In this document: positions 1-9,008 of the stretch, in pieces
How positions within the stretch are numbered: the stretch's first letter is position 1
Layout: every line of letters starts with the position of its first letter
Position numbers and translations under genes: made by a program
The notes under the pieces: generated by a model
Database searches by the model: none
Seen by the model: the letters and a program-made list of their open reading frames with translations, nothing else
Told to the model about the DNA's origin: nothing
Origin: Candidatus Fimihabitans intestinipullorum
GTDB lineage: Bacteria > Bacillota_I > Bacilli_A > RF39 > UBA660
Length of the DNA stretch: 64,000 bases
Direction: 5' to 3'
NCBI GenBank assembly: GCA_018714965.1
Contig: DVML01000025.1
Span: forward strand, 96,489 to 160,488

Positions 1-205
1 ATCAGAGAAACAAGATAGACATTACGGAACGGAAGCTATGAAAAGAATTATAGAATATGGATATAACGAATTAAAATTAAATGGGTTTGAGCTTAATGTA
101 TATAAGACAAATCCTCGGGCAATTCATTGTTATGAAAATGTTGGATTTGTCAATGTGGGTTCCGGTAAAGAAGATGATGATATTCATATGATGTTGAAAA
201 AATAA
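1..205 (+). CDS. GNAT-family N-acetyltransferase, 3' fragment (5' end outside window)
   Basis: Open frame from the window edge to TAA 203-205. The C-terminal sequence GFELNVYKTNPRAIHCYENVGFVNVG resembles a GNAT C-terminal region. Confidence 0.55.
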   Translation, partial: SEKQDRHYGTEAMKRIIEYGYNELKLNGFELNVYKTNPRAIHCYENVGFVNVGSGKEDDDIHMMLKK

Positions 206-299
206 AATTTCATGAAAACACAAATATGTGTTTTTTCATTTCCTTGACAAATATAAAAAATATGATATAATAATGTAATTTCATTAAGGAGGTGGTATT

Positions 300-842
300 G
301 TGTATACAATGTTAACATCCACGAAAAAGGGAAACAGATTAAAAAAAGGAGTTTGCTCTAATCGTTGGAATCATTTCGCATTACAATATATTGCTGCATA
401 TAATGAATTAGGACAGTTTGTTATAAGTCAACCATTCCATACACAGTCACCACAGATAAAATGTAGATGTCTTCACTGTTTAGAAGAGATTACATTTCAA
501 AAAGAAGAACTAGAGCAATTTCAACAAATATATATAGATCGAGTAATTGTTCCTGAAAATACGGCATTTAACCGAATCGATCGTTTTTATGAAAATATGA
601 AAATCATAGGCCAATTAGAATTACAACATGGTCTTACATATGAGACGATTCGTGAGTTAAAGGTTAGAAATCAGCAAATGGATATTCAAGAAAAAGCAGA
701 TATAGAGTTTATGAAAGATAGAAAAAAAGATGTCAGTGTTCCTGCTTATAAGACGGAACAAGAGATAGCAGAGGAAAGCAAACGATTATTAATTACGAAA
801 GAAAACTATAGTAAGAGAACAGGAAGCTATTACTCTTCATAA
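300..842 (+). CDS. hypothetical protein (180 aa)
   Basis: ORF with GTG 300 (ATG 309 is an alternative) just after AAGGAGGTGG. Contains a Cys cluster KCRCLHC. No family recognised. Confidence 0.45.
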   Translation: MYTMLTSTKKGNRLKKGVCSNRWNHFALQYIAAYNELGQFVISQPFHTQSPQIKCRCLHCLEEITFQKEELEQFQQIYIDRVIVPENTAFNRIDRFYENMKIIGQLELQHGLTYETIRELKVRNQQMDIQEKADIEFMKDRKKDVSVPAYKTEQEIAEESKRLLITKENYSKRTGSYYSS

Positions 843-858
843 AAGAAGGGGTGATAAA

Positions 859-1257
859 ATGAAGTTGAAAGATAAATTGATCGCTTTAAAGGATTCATTA
901 GTAAAAGAGGAGCAAGAAAAAGAAGTTGAACCAAATGATCTTCTTGCTTTTATTGGGGAATTTCCATCACCAGAGAGTAGTCGAAATCAAAAATACAGCT
1001 TATATCGATCTTTAGAAAACGGAGCTTCTGTTGTTTCTGAATTATATAACGTGGCAAAAGATAATACAGTAGAAAATCTGTTTCCGCACATTCTTTATCC
1101 TAGAGAAGATCGTGTTATGACTTTATGTGAATTTGAAAATTTGAGAGAGCATTATGAAAGTTTAAAACAACAGTTTCCAAAAATGACACAAAGTCAATTA
1201 TTTTTGGAGATGAAAAAATACCAAGGTATAAAGAAGCCTCAGCAGAAGTTACGATAA
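859..1257 (+). CDS. hypothetical protein (132 aa)
   Basis: ATG preceded by GAAGGGGTG. A hairpin plus T-run follows at about 1262-1285. No family recognised. Confidence 0.45.
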   Translation: MKLKDKLIALKDSLVKEEQEKEVEPNDLLAFIGEFPSPESSRNQKYSLYRSLENGASVVSELYNVAKDNTVENLFPHILYPREDRVMTLCEFENLREHYESLKQQFPKMTQSQLFLEMKKYQGIKKPQQKLR

Positions 1258-1456
1258 TCAAGGACTGTAGTACAGTTCTTTTTTTGCGAAAATTATTTTA
1301 AAATATGTCAGTTTTTCCTTGTTTCTACATATAATTTATGGTATATTAGTTATGGCTTTTTCAAATACACACGATATGGATTTTAATGCCGAGTGCCGAT
1401 TGGTGGTGTTGAAAGTTGAAATATCGGAGGAAAATAACAAAAGGAGGAAGAGAATA

Positions 1457-2503
1457 ATGGCAGTAGTGTCAATGAGTTATTTATTAGAAGCTGGTGTTCA
1501 TTTTGGACATCAAACAAAAAGATGGAACCCTAAGATGAAAGAGTACATCTTTACTTCAAGAGACGATATTTATATTATCGACTTACAAAAGACTGCAAAG
1601 AAAATCGAAGAAGCATATGCAGCTTTGAATGCGATTGCAGCAAATGGTGGAAAGGTTTTATTTGTAGGAACGAGAAAACAAGCACAAGAAGCTACAAAAG
1701 AAGAAGCAATTCGTTCAAATAGTTACTATGTAACAGAAAGATGGTTAGGGGGAACCTTAACAAACTTTAAAACGATTCGTAACAGAGTAAAACGTTTAGA
1801 AGAAATCGAAAAAATGGAACAAGACGGAACTTTCGAAGTATTACCAAAGAAAGAAGTTGTCGGACTTAGAAAAGAATACGATAAATTAAATAAAGTACTT
1901 TGCGGAATCCGCGATATGTACAAATTACCAGATGCGATGATTATTACAGATCCATCTAAAGAAGAAATTGCAATCAGAGAAGCAAGAAAGTTAAATATTC
2001 CAGTATTTGGAATTGTTGATACAAACTGTGACCCTGATATGGTTGACTATGTCATTCCAGGAAATGACGATGCAATTCGTGCAGTAAAATTAATTATCGG
2101 TGTTCTTGCAAATGCCATCGTAGAAGCAAATGGTGGTGAAATGGTTGACTATGTAAGTGCAGACAAGAAAGATGAAAACGGAAACGAAATCATGCAAAGA
2201 GCTGTAGAGTCTGTAAAGAAAAAAGAACCAAGAAGATTTGAAAAGAAAAACGACAAATTCAAAAGACCATTTAATAAAGATTTCAAAAAAGCAGAAAAAG
2301 TAGAAAAGAATACAAAAGACGAATCAGTTGAAGTAAAAAAAGAAGAGCCAAAGAAGGAAGAAGTAAAAGCTGTAGAAAAAGCCGAAGATAACAAAGATTT
2401 ATCAAAGATGACAGTAGCAGAGCTTCGTGAAATGGCAAAAGCAAAAGAAATCAAAGGATACTCAACAATGAAAAAAGCTGAATTATTAGAAGCTTTAAAA
2501 TAG
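1457..2503 (+). CDS. rpsB: 30S ribosomal protein S2 with long K/E-rich C-terminal extension
   Basis: N-terminus [27 protein letters not shown] is the S2 signature. ATG 1457 follows AAGGAGGAAG. The track start at 1319 is a spurious upstream extension. Confidence 0.97.
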   Translation: MAVVSMSYLLEAGVHFGHQTKRWNPKMKEYIFTSRDDIYIIDLQKTAKKIEEAYAALNAIAANGGKVLFVGTRKQAQEATKEEAIRSNSYYVTERWLGGTLTNFKTIRNRVKRLEEIEKMEQDGTFEVLPKKEVVGLRKEYDKLNKVLCGIRDMYKLPDAMIITDPSKEEIAIREARKLNIPVFGIVDTNCDPDMVDYVIPGNDDAIRAVKLIIGVLANAIVEANGGEMVDYVSADKKDENGNEIMQRAVESVKKKEPRRFEKKNDKFKRPFNKDFKKAEKVEKNTKDESVEVKKEEPKKEEVKAVEKAEDNKDLSKMTVAELREMAKAKEIKGYSTMKKAELLEALK

Positions 2504-2555
2504 ATGGAAAAGATGATTTTTAAATCATCTTTCATTTTAGAAAAGGAGAGTTATT

Positions 2556-3416
2556 ATGATAAGTGCTAGTTTAGTAAAAGAACTAAGAGAGAAAACAGGA
2601 GCAGGAATGCTCGACTGTAAAAAGGCATTAGAAGCAAATAATGGAGATATGGATGCTTCTATCGATTGGTTAAGAGAAAAGGGAATTTCAAAGGCTGCAA
2701 AGAAAGCTGATCGTATTGCTGCAGAAGGACTTGCTGCGATTAAAATCGACGGGAATACTGCTGCAATCGTAGAAGTAAATTCCGAGACAGACTTTGTTGC
2801 AAAGAATCCAGAATTCCAAGAGTTAGTAGATGCCATTTTAGATGTCGTTGTTAAAAATGATGTCAAAACAGTAGAAGAAGCACTTGCTTGCGACGGTTTA
2901 AATGATTTAGTCGTTGCAAAGACTTCAAAAATTGGAGAAAAATTAAGCTTTAGAAGATTTGAAAAAGTCACAAAAACTGATGATCAAGCATTTGGATCAT
3001 ACATCCATATGGGTGGAAAGATTGCAGTATTAACTGTACTGAATGGAGCATCTGAAGAAGTTGCTCGCGACGTTGCAATGCACGCAGCTGCAATGCGTCC
3101 AACTTATGTAAAAAAAGAAGACGTGCCTGCTGACGAGTTAGAAAGAGAACGTACTGTATTAAAAGAACAAGCAATGAACGAAGGAAAACCTGCTGAAATC
3201 GCTGAAAAGATGGTAGCTGGAAGAATTCAAAAATACTACAAAGAAATTTGCTTAGAAGAACAACCATTCGTAAAAGATGGAGACGTTACAGTTGGTAAGT
3301 TTGTTTCTAACAATGGTGGAACAATCGATCAGATGATCCGTTACGAAGTTGGAGAAGGAATGGAAAAAAGAGAAGAAAATTTCGCTGAAGAAGTAATGAA
3401 ACAAATGCAACAATAA
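2556..3416 (+). CDS. tsf: translation elongation factor Ts
   Basis: N-terminus [20 protein letters not shown] followed by an EF-Ts core. Lies directly after rpsB, as is usual. Confidence 0.97.
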   Translation: MISASLVKELREKTGAGMLDCKKALEANNGDMDASIDWLREKGISKAAKKADRIAAEGLAAIKIDGNTAAIVEVNSETDFVAKNPEFQELVDAILDVVVKNDVKTVEEALACDGLNDLVVAKTSKIGEKLSFRRFEKVTKTDDQAFGSYIHMGGKIAVLTVLNGASEEVARDVAMHAAAMRPTYVKKEDVPADELERERTVLKEQAMNEGKPAEIAEKMVAGRIQKYYKEICLEEQPFVKDGDVTVGKFVSNNGGTIDQMIRYEVGEGMEKREENFAEEVMKQMQQ

Positions 3417-3424
3417 AATGAAAA

Positions 3425-3450
3425 ATGCAGGTTTATCCTGCATTTTTTTT
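3425..3450. terminator. bidirectional intrinsic terminator shared by tsf and the convergent TPR-like gene
   Basis: Stem ATGCAGG 3425-3431 / CCTGCAT 3437-3443, followed by a T-run and preceded by an A-run. The stop codon of the minus-strand gene lies in the loop. Confidence 0.8.
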
Positions 3451-4869
3451 GCTTTCTTTTTTTAATTGTCTCATTAAATAATCATATTTTTTCTTTTGTT
3501 TTGGTAGAGGTGGCAATCCTTTTAGATTAGAGGGTTCTTCTGGTAGTAAGAAATCGTATTGATTTTCACCTGTAGGTTTTGTTTGCCAATAAATCTTTTG
3601 TGTTTGTTGATCGTGTAATATTTGAAAATAATTTCCTATATTAAGATAATTTTCAATCATAATACTTTCTTCTAAATAGGTTTGAAATACTTTTGAAAAT
3701 TTTCCTTTTTGATGAATGGCTAATTGAAAAACTTCTTTTCTATTTTGTCCACCTTTTTGGATATATTCTGTTAATGTTTCTTCCATTTTTTGCCTGTTGT
3801 GATGGCGATAATACATTTTAGCAAGCAGTAGGTAAAAATCTACTTCTCCTGTTGCCTGTATGAATTCTTCTACAGCTACTTCTGCTTCTTTTAAACTTAA
3901 TGTGGTAAGATATTCTTGATAATACCAAATTTGGTCCATTTTATTGATATCATCTGGATTGTGTTTTTTTAATTCGTCTTCTAAATAGAGAACGACTGCT
4001 TGTTCTTTTTTCGAAGTGGGGATTTCTTTTAAATAAGATAAAATGGTTTTTGCAGATGTGATATTAACATTTTGAATGAGTTGGTAACAATCTTGTAAAA
4101 TATATCGAATATGATCTGGATAGCAATTGATCTCTCGCTTCATTGAAATTAAGTATGTTTCTATATTATTGTTGAATAATGCTTTTTGTCTTTCCTCTTG
4201 AAATTCATTTGAAAGAGTAAGAGAATGATCTTGAATTGCTGTTTTTAAATCTTCGAACATGATATTATAAAAAAGTTGATGATTCAAATGGAATTGTTCT
4301 TCACATTCTTTTAGATAATAGTGAAATTTTTTAAAATTTAACTCTTTTAATGATTTTTGTAATATTCGAATATGATTTAAAATATCTCGACCGTTTTTAG
4401 CGTATCTTGTATCAAATGTTCCTACAAAAGGACTATCTGAGACTGGTTTTGCTTTTGGGAATTGTTCGTTTTGTTGAATATAGATGAGATGTATAAGTAA
4501 TGCTTCATCTAACGAAAAATCATAAGGGATTGATTGCTTTTTTAATTTTTCTTTATGTTTTTTAAGTGCTCCCCATGCGTGTACATAATCGTGCTTTTGA
4601 ACGCTGATAGAGTAGGCATTGAAATAAGCGTGAGCACCAGGTTCCTTTTTGTTTTTCTTTGTAATGATAAAATGATTTTTCAAAGCTTGCTTTGCTATAG
4701 TAGGATTCCCAACTTTTAAATAATAATCCGATAATAATAGCCAAGTATAAGATCTCTTTTTATTTCTGTTAATATAATCAAAAAATATTTCTGCAATATC
4801 TTCAGGAATATATTCTAATTTTAATATCTCTTTTGCTTCTCTTTGAGAGTTACACGATTCTATTTTCAT
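3433..4869 (-). CDS. TPR-like helical repeat protein, paralog 1 (478 aa)
   Basis: Aligns from MKIESCNS with the neighbouring paralog (MRIESCNS), so the start is set at ATG 4869, downstream of AGGAGG. All-alpha TPR-like segments such as WLLLSDYYLKVGNPTIAKQALKNHF. Confidence 0.75.
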   Translation of the reverse strand: MKIESCNSQREAKEILKLEYIPEDIAEIFFDYINRNKKRSYTWLLLSDYYLKVGNPTIAKQALKNHFIITKKNKKEPGAHAYFNAYSISVQKHDYVHAWGALKKHKEKLKKQSIPYDFSLDEALLIHLIYIQQNEQFPKAKPVSDSPFVGTFDTRYAKNGRDILNHIRILQKSLKELNFKKFHYYLKECEEQFHLNHQLFYNIMFEDLKTAIQDHSLTLSNEFQEERQKALFNNNIETYLISMKREINCYPDHIRYILQDCYQLIQNVNITSAKTILSYLKEIPTSKKEQAVVLYLEDELKKHNPDDINKMDQIWYYQEYLTTLSLKEAEVAVEEFIQATGEVDFYLLLAKMYYRHHNRQKMEETLTEYIQKGGQNRKEVFQLAIHQKGKFSKVFQTYLEESIMIENYLNIGNYFQILHDQQTQKIYWQTKPTGENQYDFLLPEEPSNLKGLPPLPKQKKKYDYLMRQLKKESKKNAG

Positions 4870-4950
4870 AATTACCTCCTTGCGCATGTAATAGTATAAC
4901 ACAACCTTTATAAATTTGATCTCTTTTTTATGAAAAAAACAAGCTAGTCG

Positions 4951-6420
4951 TTATTGTTTCTTTGCTTGTTCTTTTTTTAATTGGTTTAATAGTTTGTCAT
5001 ATTTTTTTACTTTGTGTTGTGATGGGTGGAATTCTTTGTAGGGCTTTCCGTTAGACCAATAAGCAAAATCATTACTTAAATATTCGCCAGAAGGTTTGAT
5101 ATAAGGAGAGAACATATCTGTATTATTGGCATTTGTTAAAACTTTAGAGAAATGATCTCCTCGTTGTAAGTAATTTTCAACGTGTGTAGCTTCTATTAAG
5201 AACTTCCAGATTTGCTTTGGAATATAACCTTTATAACGTCCTATGACACCTAATTGAACGACTCGATAGTAATCGATTCCACCTTGTTTAATATAATCTA
5301 TCAATAGTTTGTCGACTTGATTTTGATCTTCGGCTTTTCTTTTGTAATTTTCAGCTAAGAATAGGAGAAATTTGATTTCACCTGTTTCTTGATATCCTTG
5401 CTCACATAATATATTCGCTTCATCTAGTAAGTTTTCTTTCCATGCTTTTGTAATTGCAGCTTCTATAATTCTTGATCTCTCTTTCATCTCTTTACTTTGC
5501 GTCGTTTTTTCTAGAATGTAAATTGCTTTATTGCGTAAATAGCGAATGACATCTTTTATGCTTTTATCACTTGTCGTTTGTTGAAGATAGTTTAGTACTT
5601 GGTTTGAAAGATGGATATTCATATTATTTAATAGTTGATCGCAATCTTGTAAGAGACTTCGATAGTCATTAGGATAACAGTGATGTTCTTTTTGGATACA
5701 AGCTAGGTAGCGAGCATTATTTTGATCGATGAGTGCGACTTCTTTTTCTCTTCGAAATGTAGCTTTTACGGTATCGTAATGATTTTGAATCGTATCTATC
5801 AATTCATCTATCATTGCACAGTAGCTAGGATAAAACTGTAAATTACAGATCTCTTTACATTCTCTTAAGTAGTAGCGCATTTTTGGAAAGTTAAACTCTG
5901 TCAATGCTTGTGTCATAATATCAAAATTCTTCTTTACCTTTTGATATGTTGGATTTGTAGAAGTATTGACTGTACCAATATACGGACTAGATGTAAGCTT
6001 TGGATCGACTAATTTTTGTTGCTCTTTTAAAAATAATAATGTACATAGTAATGATTCATCAAATGAAAAGTCGTAAGGAATGTGCTTTTGATCTAATGCT
6101 TTTTTTAAGTGTTGTAAAGCGTTCCAAGCATTTTTACTTTCGTTACGTAACACACTGATTTGATATGCATTCGCATATGCCCGAACACCAGGGGATACGT
6201 TGTTTTGTTTGGCAATGAGAAATGCATTTTTTAACGATTTCTTTGCCATAGTAAGATTGTTAAATTTAATATAGTAATCAGATAGTAAGATCCAAGTATA
6301 TTGGCGATCTAAGTTTTGGTTTGCGTATTCGAAAAATAGATCGACGAGTGGTTGAGGAATGTATTCCAATCTTAATATTTGTTTTGCTTCTTCTTCGGAA
6401 TTACATGATTCAATTCGCAT
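4951..6420 (-). CDS. TPR-like helical repeat protein, paralog 2 (489 aa)
   Basis: Co-linear similarity to paralog 1 over the whole length, including the shared C-terminal KKYDxLxxQLKKE tail. Confidence 0.75.
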   Translation of the reverse strand: MRIESCNSEEEAKQILRLEYIPQPLVDLFFEYANQNLDRQYTWILLSDYYIKFNNLTMAKKSLKNAFLIAKQNNVSPGVRAYANAYQISVLRNESKNAWNALQHLKKALDQKHIPYDFSFDESLLCTLLFLKEQQKLVDPKLTSSPYIGTVNTSTNPTYQKVKKNFDIMTQALTEFNFPKMRYYLRECKEICNLQFYPSYCAMIDELIDTIQNHYDTVKATFRREKEVALIDQNNARYLACIQKEHHCYPNDYRSLLQDCDQLLNNMNIHLSNQVLNYLQQTTSDKSIKDVIRYLRNKAIYILEKTTQSKEMKERSRIIEAAITKAWKENLLDEANILCEQGYQETGEIKFLLFLAENYKRKAEDQNQVDKLLIDYIKQGGIDYYRVVQLGVIGRYKGYIPKQIWKFLIEATHVENYLQRGDHFSKVLTNANNTDMFSPYIKPSGEYLSNDFAYWSNGKPYKEFHPSQHKVKKYDKLLNQLKKEQAKKQ

Positions 6421-7690
6421 GTTTTACCTCCTTTGTTATGATATATTGTTTTGGCATTTCACGGTTGTCTTTGTTTTCTTCTAAAGAACAAATCGCATCA
6501 ATTTCATTTTGAAGTAGTTCTTTTTTCTTTTTACTTGTTTCTAATTGATAGCAGTAATAACGATATTCAAGTGCATGCAATGAAACAAAGTTGCTTGCTA
6601 CTTCAGATTGTTCTATTTCATGTTGATATTGTTTGAATTGATCGATATCATTAGAGAGGTAACTTAACTTTAGTAAATACCAGAGTAGATGAGGTGATTT
6701 TGTCTTGTGATAAGCGAATGTGGCATCGCTAAAAATTTGATCAAGATCTGTTTGTTTCACAAAATCTCGTTCGATTCGATTACCGTATGCGACAGCAAGT
6801 TCGTTATCCTTGTTGCGAAGATAAGATAGAGCTTGTTTCTTTTGCTTCAGATGTTTGACTAAAAATTCGTTTGGAATCTCATCTAGAAGCGTATTATTTT
6901 TCATAGAACCACTTTCGATCAAGTAGTTGCAACTTCGAGCAAATTCAATGGTATCCGATGGAATTTTAGATAGCGTCTCTTGAAGTGATTGTCTATCTCC
7001 ATGATATTGATATAGTTTTCGATTATTTTCTAAGTCTCTTTGATAGATAAGAACTTGAATTTGTTGAACGAGTTTCATTTCACTTGAAATGTCGATTGGA
7101 AGATGTTTTTTTCTTATGTATTCATTCGCGTTTGAAAGAATAGTGTAAGCATTTCCCCAATCTCTTTCTTCGACAAAGTCACAGTAAGTATCCCACATGA
7201 TTTGTAGAGGAGCATCTTTCATGTCTCTTCTATATTTGATTTCAATTGGGATAGAGTCCCATTTTCTTGGATATATCTTCATTTTATGAATCAATGACAA
7301 TAAAGTAAATGTCGATTCGAAGTGGTTGTTGATGTTCTTTCTCTCTAAAATTTGAACGTGTCGTTTTAGATGAGAGTAGGCATCCTCATATTTTTCTTCG
7401 ATGACATCAATTTTGAATAATTGATAGAATGTACCAGCTGAGTATGGATATATCATTTGTGCTTTTTCCAAATACTTTCGCGCTTTGGTATAATCGTTTC
7501 TTCTAAGATACAATCGTCCTAATAGGTCGTATGCTTGATTTGTCTTATCACCGTTTTGTCGATTGTAGAGATGGAGTTTTTCCTCTATGTCGTTTAATGT
7601 CTCTTCACTTGTATTTTCATTTAAGATGAGATTACGACATTGTTGAATAAACTTTAATGTTTCTTTTTGATTCCATGTTTTTGTTTTCAT
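6410..7690 (-). CDS. TPR-like helical repeat protein, divergent paralog 3 (426 aa)
   Basis: TPR-like consensus AYDLLGRLYLRRNDYTKARKYLEKAQMIYP. RBS GGGAGGCAAA. Overlaps paralog 2 by 11 nt. Confidence 0.7.
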   Translation of the reverse strand: MKTKTWNQKETLKFIQQCRNLILNENTSEETLNDIEEKLHLYNRQNGDKTNQAYDLLGRLYLRRNDYTKARKYLEKAQMIYPYSAGTFYQLFKIDVIEEKYEDAYSHLKRHVQILERKNINNHFESTFTLLSLIHKMKIYPRKWDSIPIEIKYRRDMKDAPLQIMWDTYCDFVEERDWGNAYTILSNANEYIRKKHLPIDISSEMKLVQQIQVLIYQRDLENNRKLYQYHGDRQSLQETLSKIPSDTIEFARSCNYLIESGSMKNNTLLDEIPNEFLVKHLKQKKQALSYLRNKDNELAVAYGNRIERDFVKQTDLDQIFSDATFAYHKTKSPHLLWYLLKLSYLSNDIDQFKQYQHEIEQSEVASNFVSLHALEYRYYCYQLETSKKKKELLQNEIDAICSLEENKDNREMPKQYIITKEVKHAN

Positions 7691-7711
7691 TTTGCCTCCC
7701 AGTAATGTTTA

Positions 7712-8308
7712 TTATAGTACGTCGCTGATAAAAATACTATCTTTTTTTTCAATTTTAATTGTTTTCGGTTTTAATGACTGTAGAATAGATTCGCTTGACT
7801 CTATTGGTAGATCGATTTGGTATCGGATCGCTTCACCGAAATTTTTTTCTTTTATTATAACATTTTTTAATAGGTGATCGATATCTTTTAATTGTTCGTA
7901 CGAGAAAGAAATTTCGTATCGATTTCCAGGAATCAGAGATACTGGAATTATATTTTCTAGCGCAGTTGTCATTGCTTTTGTGTAAGCTCGAACGAGTCCT
8001 CCAGCGCCTAATTTGATTCCACCAAAGTAGCGTACTACGATCGCTAAAATGTGTTGATAGTCTTGCATTTTCAGCACATTCAACATCGGCATACCTGCTG
8101 TTTTACTCGGTTCTCCATCGTCACTGCATCTTTCGTTTTGATCGAGAATGTATGCATAGCAATAATGAGTTGCATTTGGAAACTCTTTTTTTGCTTCTAA
8201 TAACGCTTCTTTTACTTCTTCGATATTATGGATGGGATAGAGAACTGTAATAAATTTTGATTTTTGAATTTCTAATTCTGATATAGATTTTTCTTTGATA
8301 CTTTTCAT
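7712..8308 (-). CDS. yigZ: YigZ / IMPACT-family (UPF0029) protein
   Basis: Motifs KSKFI, THYCYAY, DDGEPSKTAGMPML and RYFGGIKLGAGGLVRAYT are typical of the YigZ family. Confidence 0.8.
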   Translation of the reverse strand: MKSIKEKSISELEIQKSKFITVLYPIHNIEEVKEALLEAKKEFPNATHYCYAYILDQNERCSDDGEPSKTAGMPMLNVLKMQDYQHILAIVVRYFGGIKLGAGGLVRAYTKAMTTALENIIPVSLIPGNRYEISFSYEQLKDIDHLLKNVIIKEKNFGEAIRYQIDLPIESSESILQSLKPKTIKIEKKDSIFISDVL

Positions 8309-8387
8309 GTCATCACCATTTTTATTGTAACCTATATTTCATCCTTTGACAATTTTTTTTCATATGATAGAATGGAGATATAAAGGT

Positions 8388-8945
8388 ATGGTGGTTGGGG
8401 TGCATAAATTAGAACAAAGAACGTTTATCGATAAGAAAACATATGAAAATATCGTACAATTTTTAGAGGAACATGCGACAGTAAAAGAATCAAAACGACA
8501 GATTATTTATAAATATCGATGTACTTATGATTTTCGTGCGTTGGTAGAAAAAGATCGAATGGTTTTACGTATGAGAAAGGGAAATGTCGATGAAGATATT
8601 CTCGTTGCGGTATCGTATGAGGATCATGAAAAGATGCTCGATATTTTAAGGCTATTAGGACATACACTTGATACAAAGTGGTATCGCCTGCGTAAGCTAT
8701 TTACGTATCAAGATTTAGAGATTACGCTCGATAAGACATTCCGCTATGGATATGTTATAAGTGTATCGATCGAATTGCCAAGAGATCAGGTTAAGGACGG
8801 TACTGAAAAGTTATATCACTTTTTTGAACAGTTCCACATCGTGTTAACGTCACCAGAACAGTTTTATCAGCAGTATCATCACTATCTAACGAATTGGTAT
8901 GAATATACGAAAGATATCGATGATTCTACCTTTTTTGAGAAGTAG
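8388..8945 (+). CDS. CYTH-like domain protein (tentative)
   Basis: The pattern LEQRTF...LRMRKG...LGHTLDTKWYRLRKLFTYQDLEITLDKTFRYGYVISVSIEL matches the CYTH beta-barrel layout. ATG 8388 follows GGAGA; the track start at 8346 is TTG. Confidence 0.45.
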   Translation: MVVGVHKLEQRTFIDKKTYENIVQFLEEHATVKESKRQIIYKYRCTYDFRALVEKDRMVLRMRKGNVDEDILVAVSYEDHEKMLDILRLLGHTLDTKWYRLRKLFTYQDLEITLDKTFRYGYVISVSIELPRDQVKDGTEKLYHFFEQFHIVLTSPEQFYQQYHHYLTNWYEYTKDIDDSTFFEK

Positions 8946-9008
8946 CGTGTGCAACTTCTTTTTTTATTACAAATTTGTTATAATATAGGCACGTAGGGGA
9001 TGGTATGT

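Noticed and set aside
1319-1456. Upstream extension of rpsB from the track start at 1319
   Set aside because: The canonical S2 N-terminus begins at ATG 1457, which has a strong RBS. The extension has no homology and covers the promoter/leader. The leader shows some pairing (CGATAT / ATATCG), but I could not support a defined regulatory RNA.
2149-3443. Minus-strand ORFs antisense to rpsB and tsf (2149-2535, 2537-2971, 2968-3267, 3252-3443)
   Set aside because: They are shadow ORFs of AT-rich, lysine/glutamate-rich coding sequence inside universally conserved genes.
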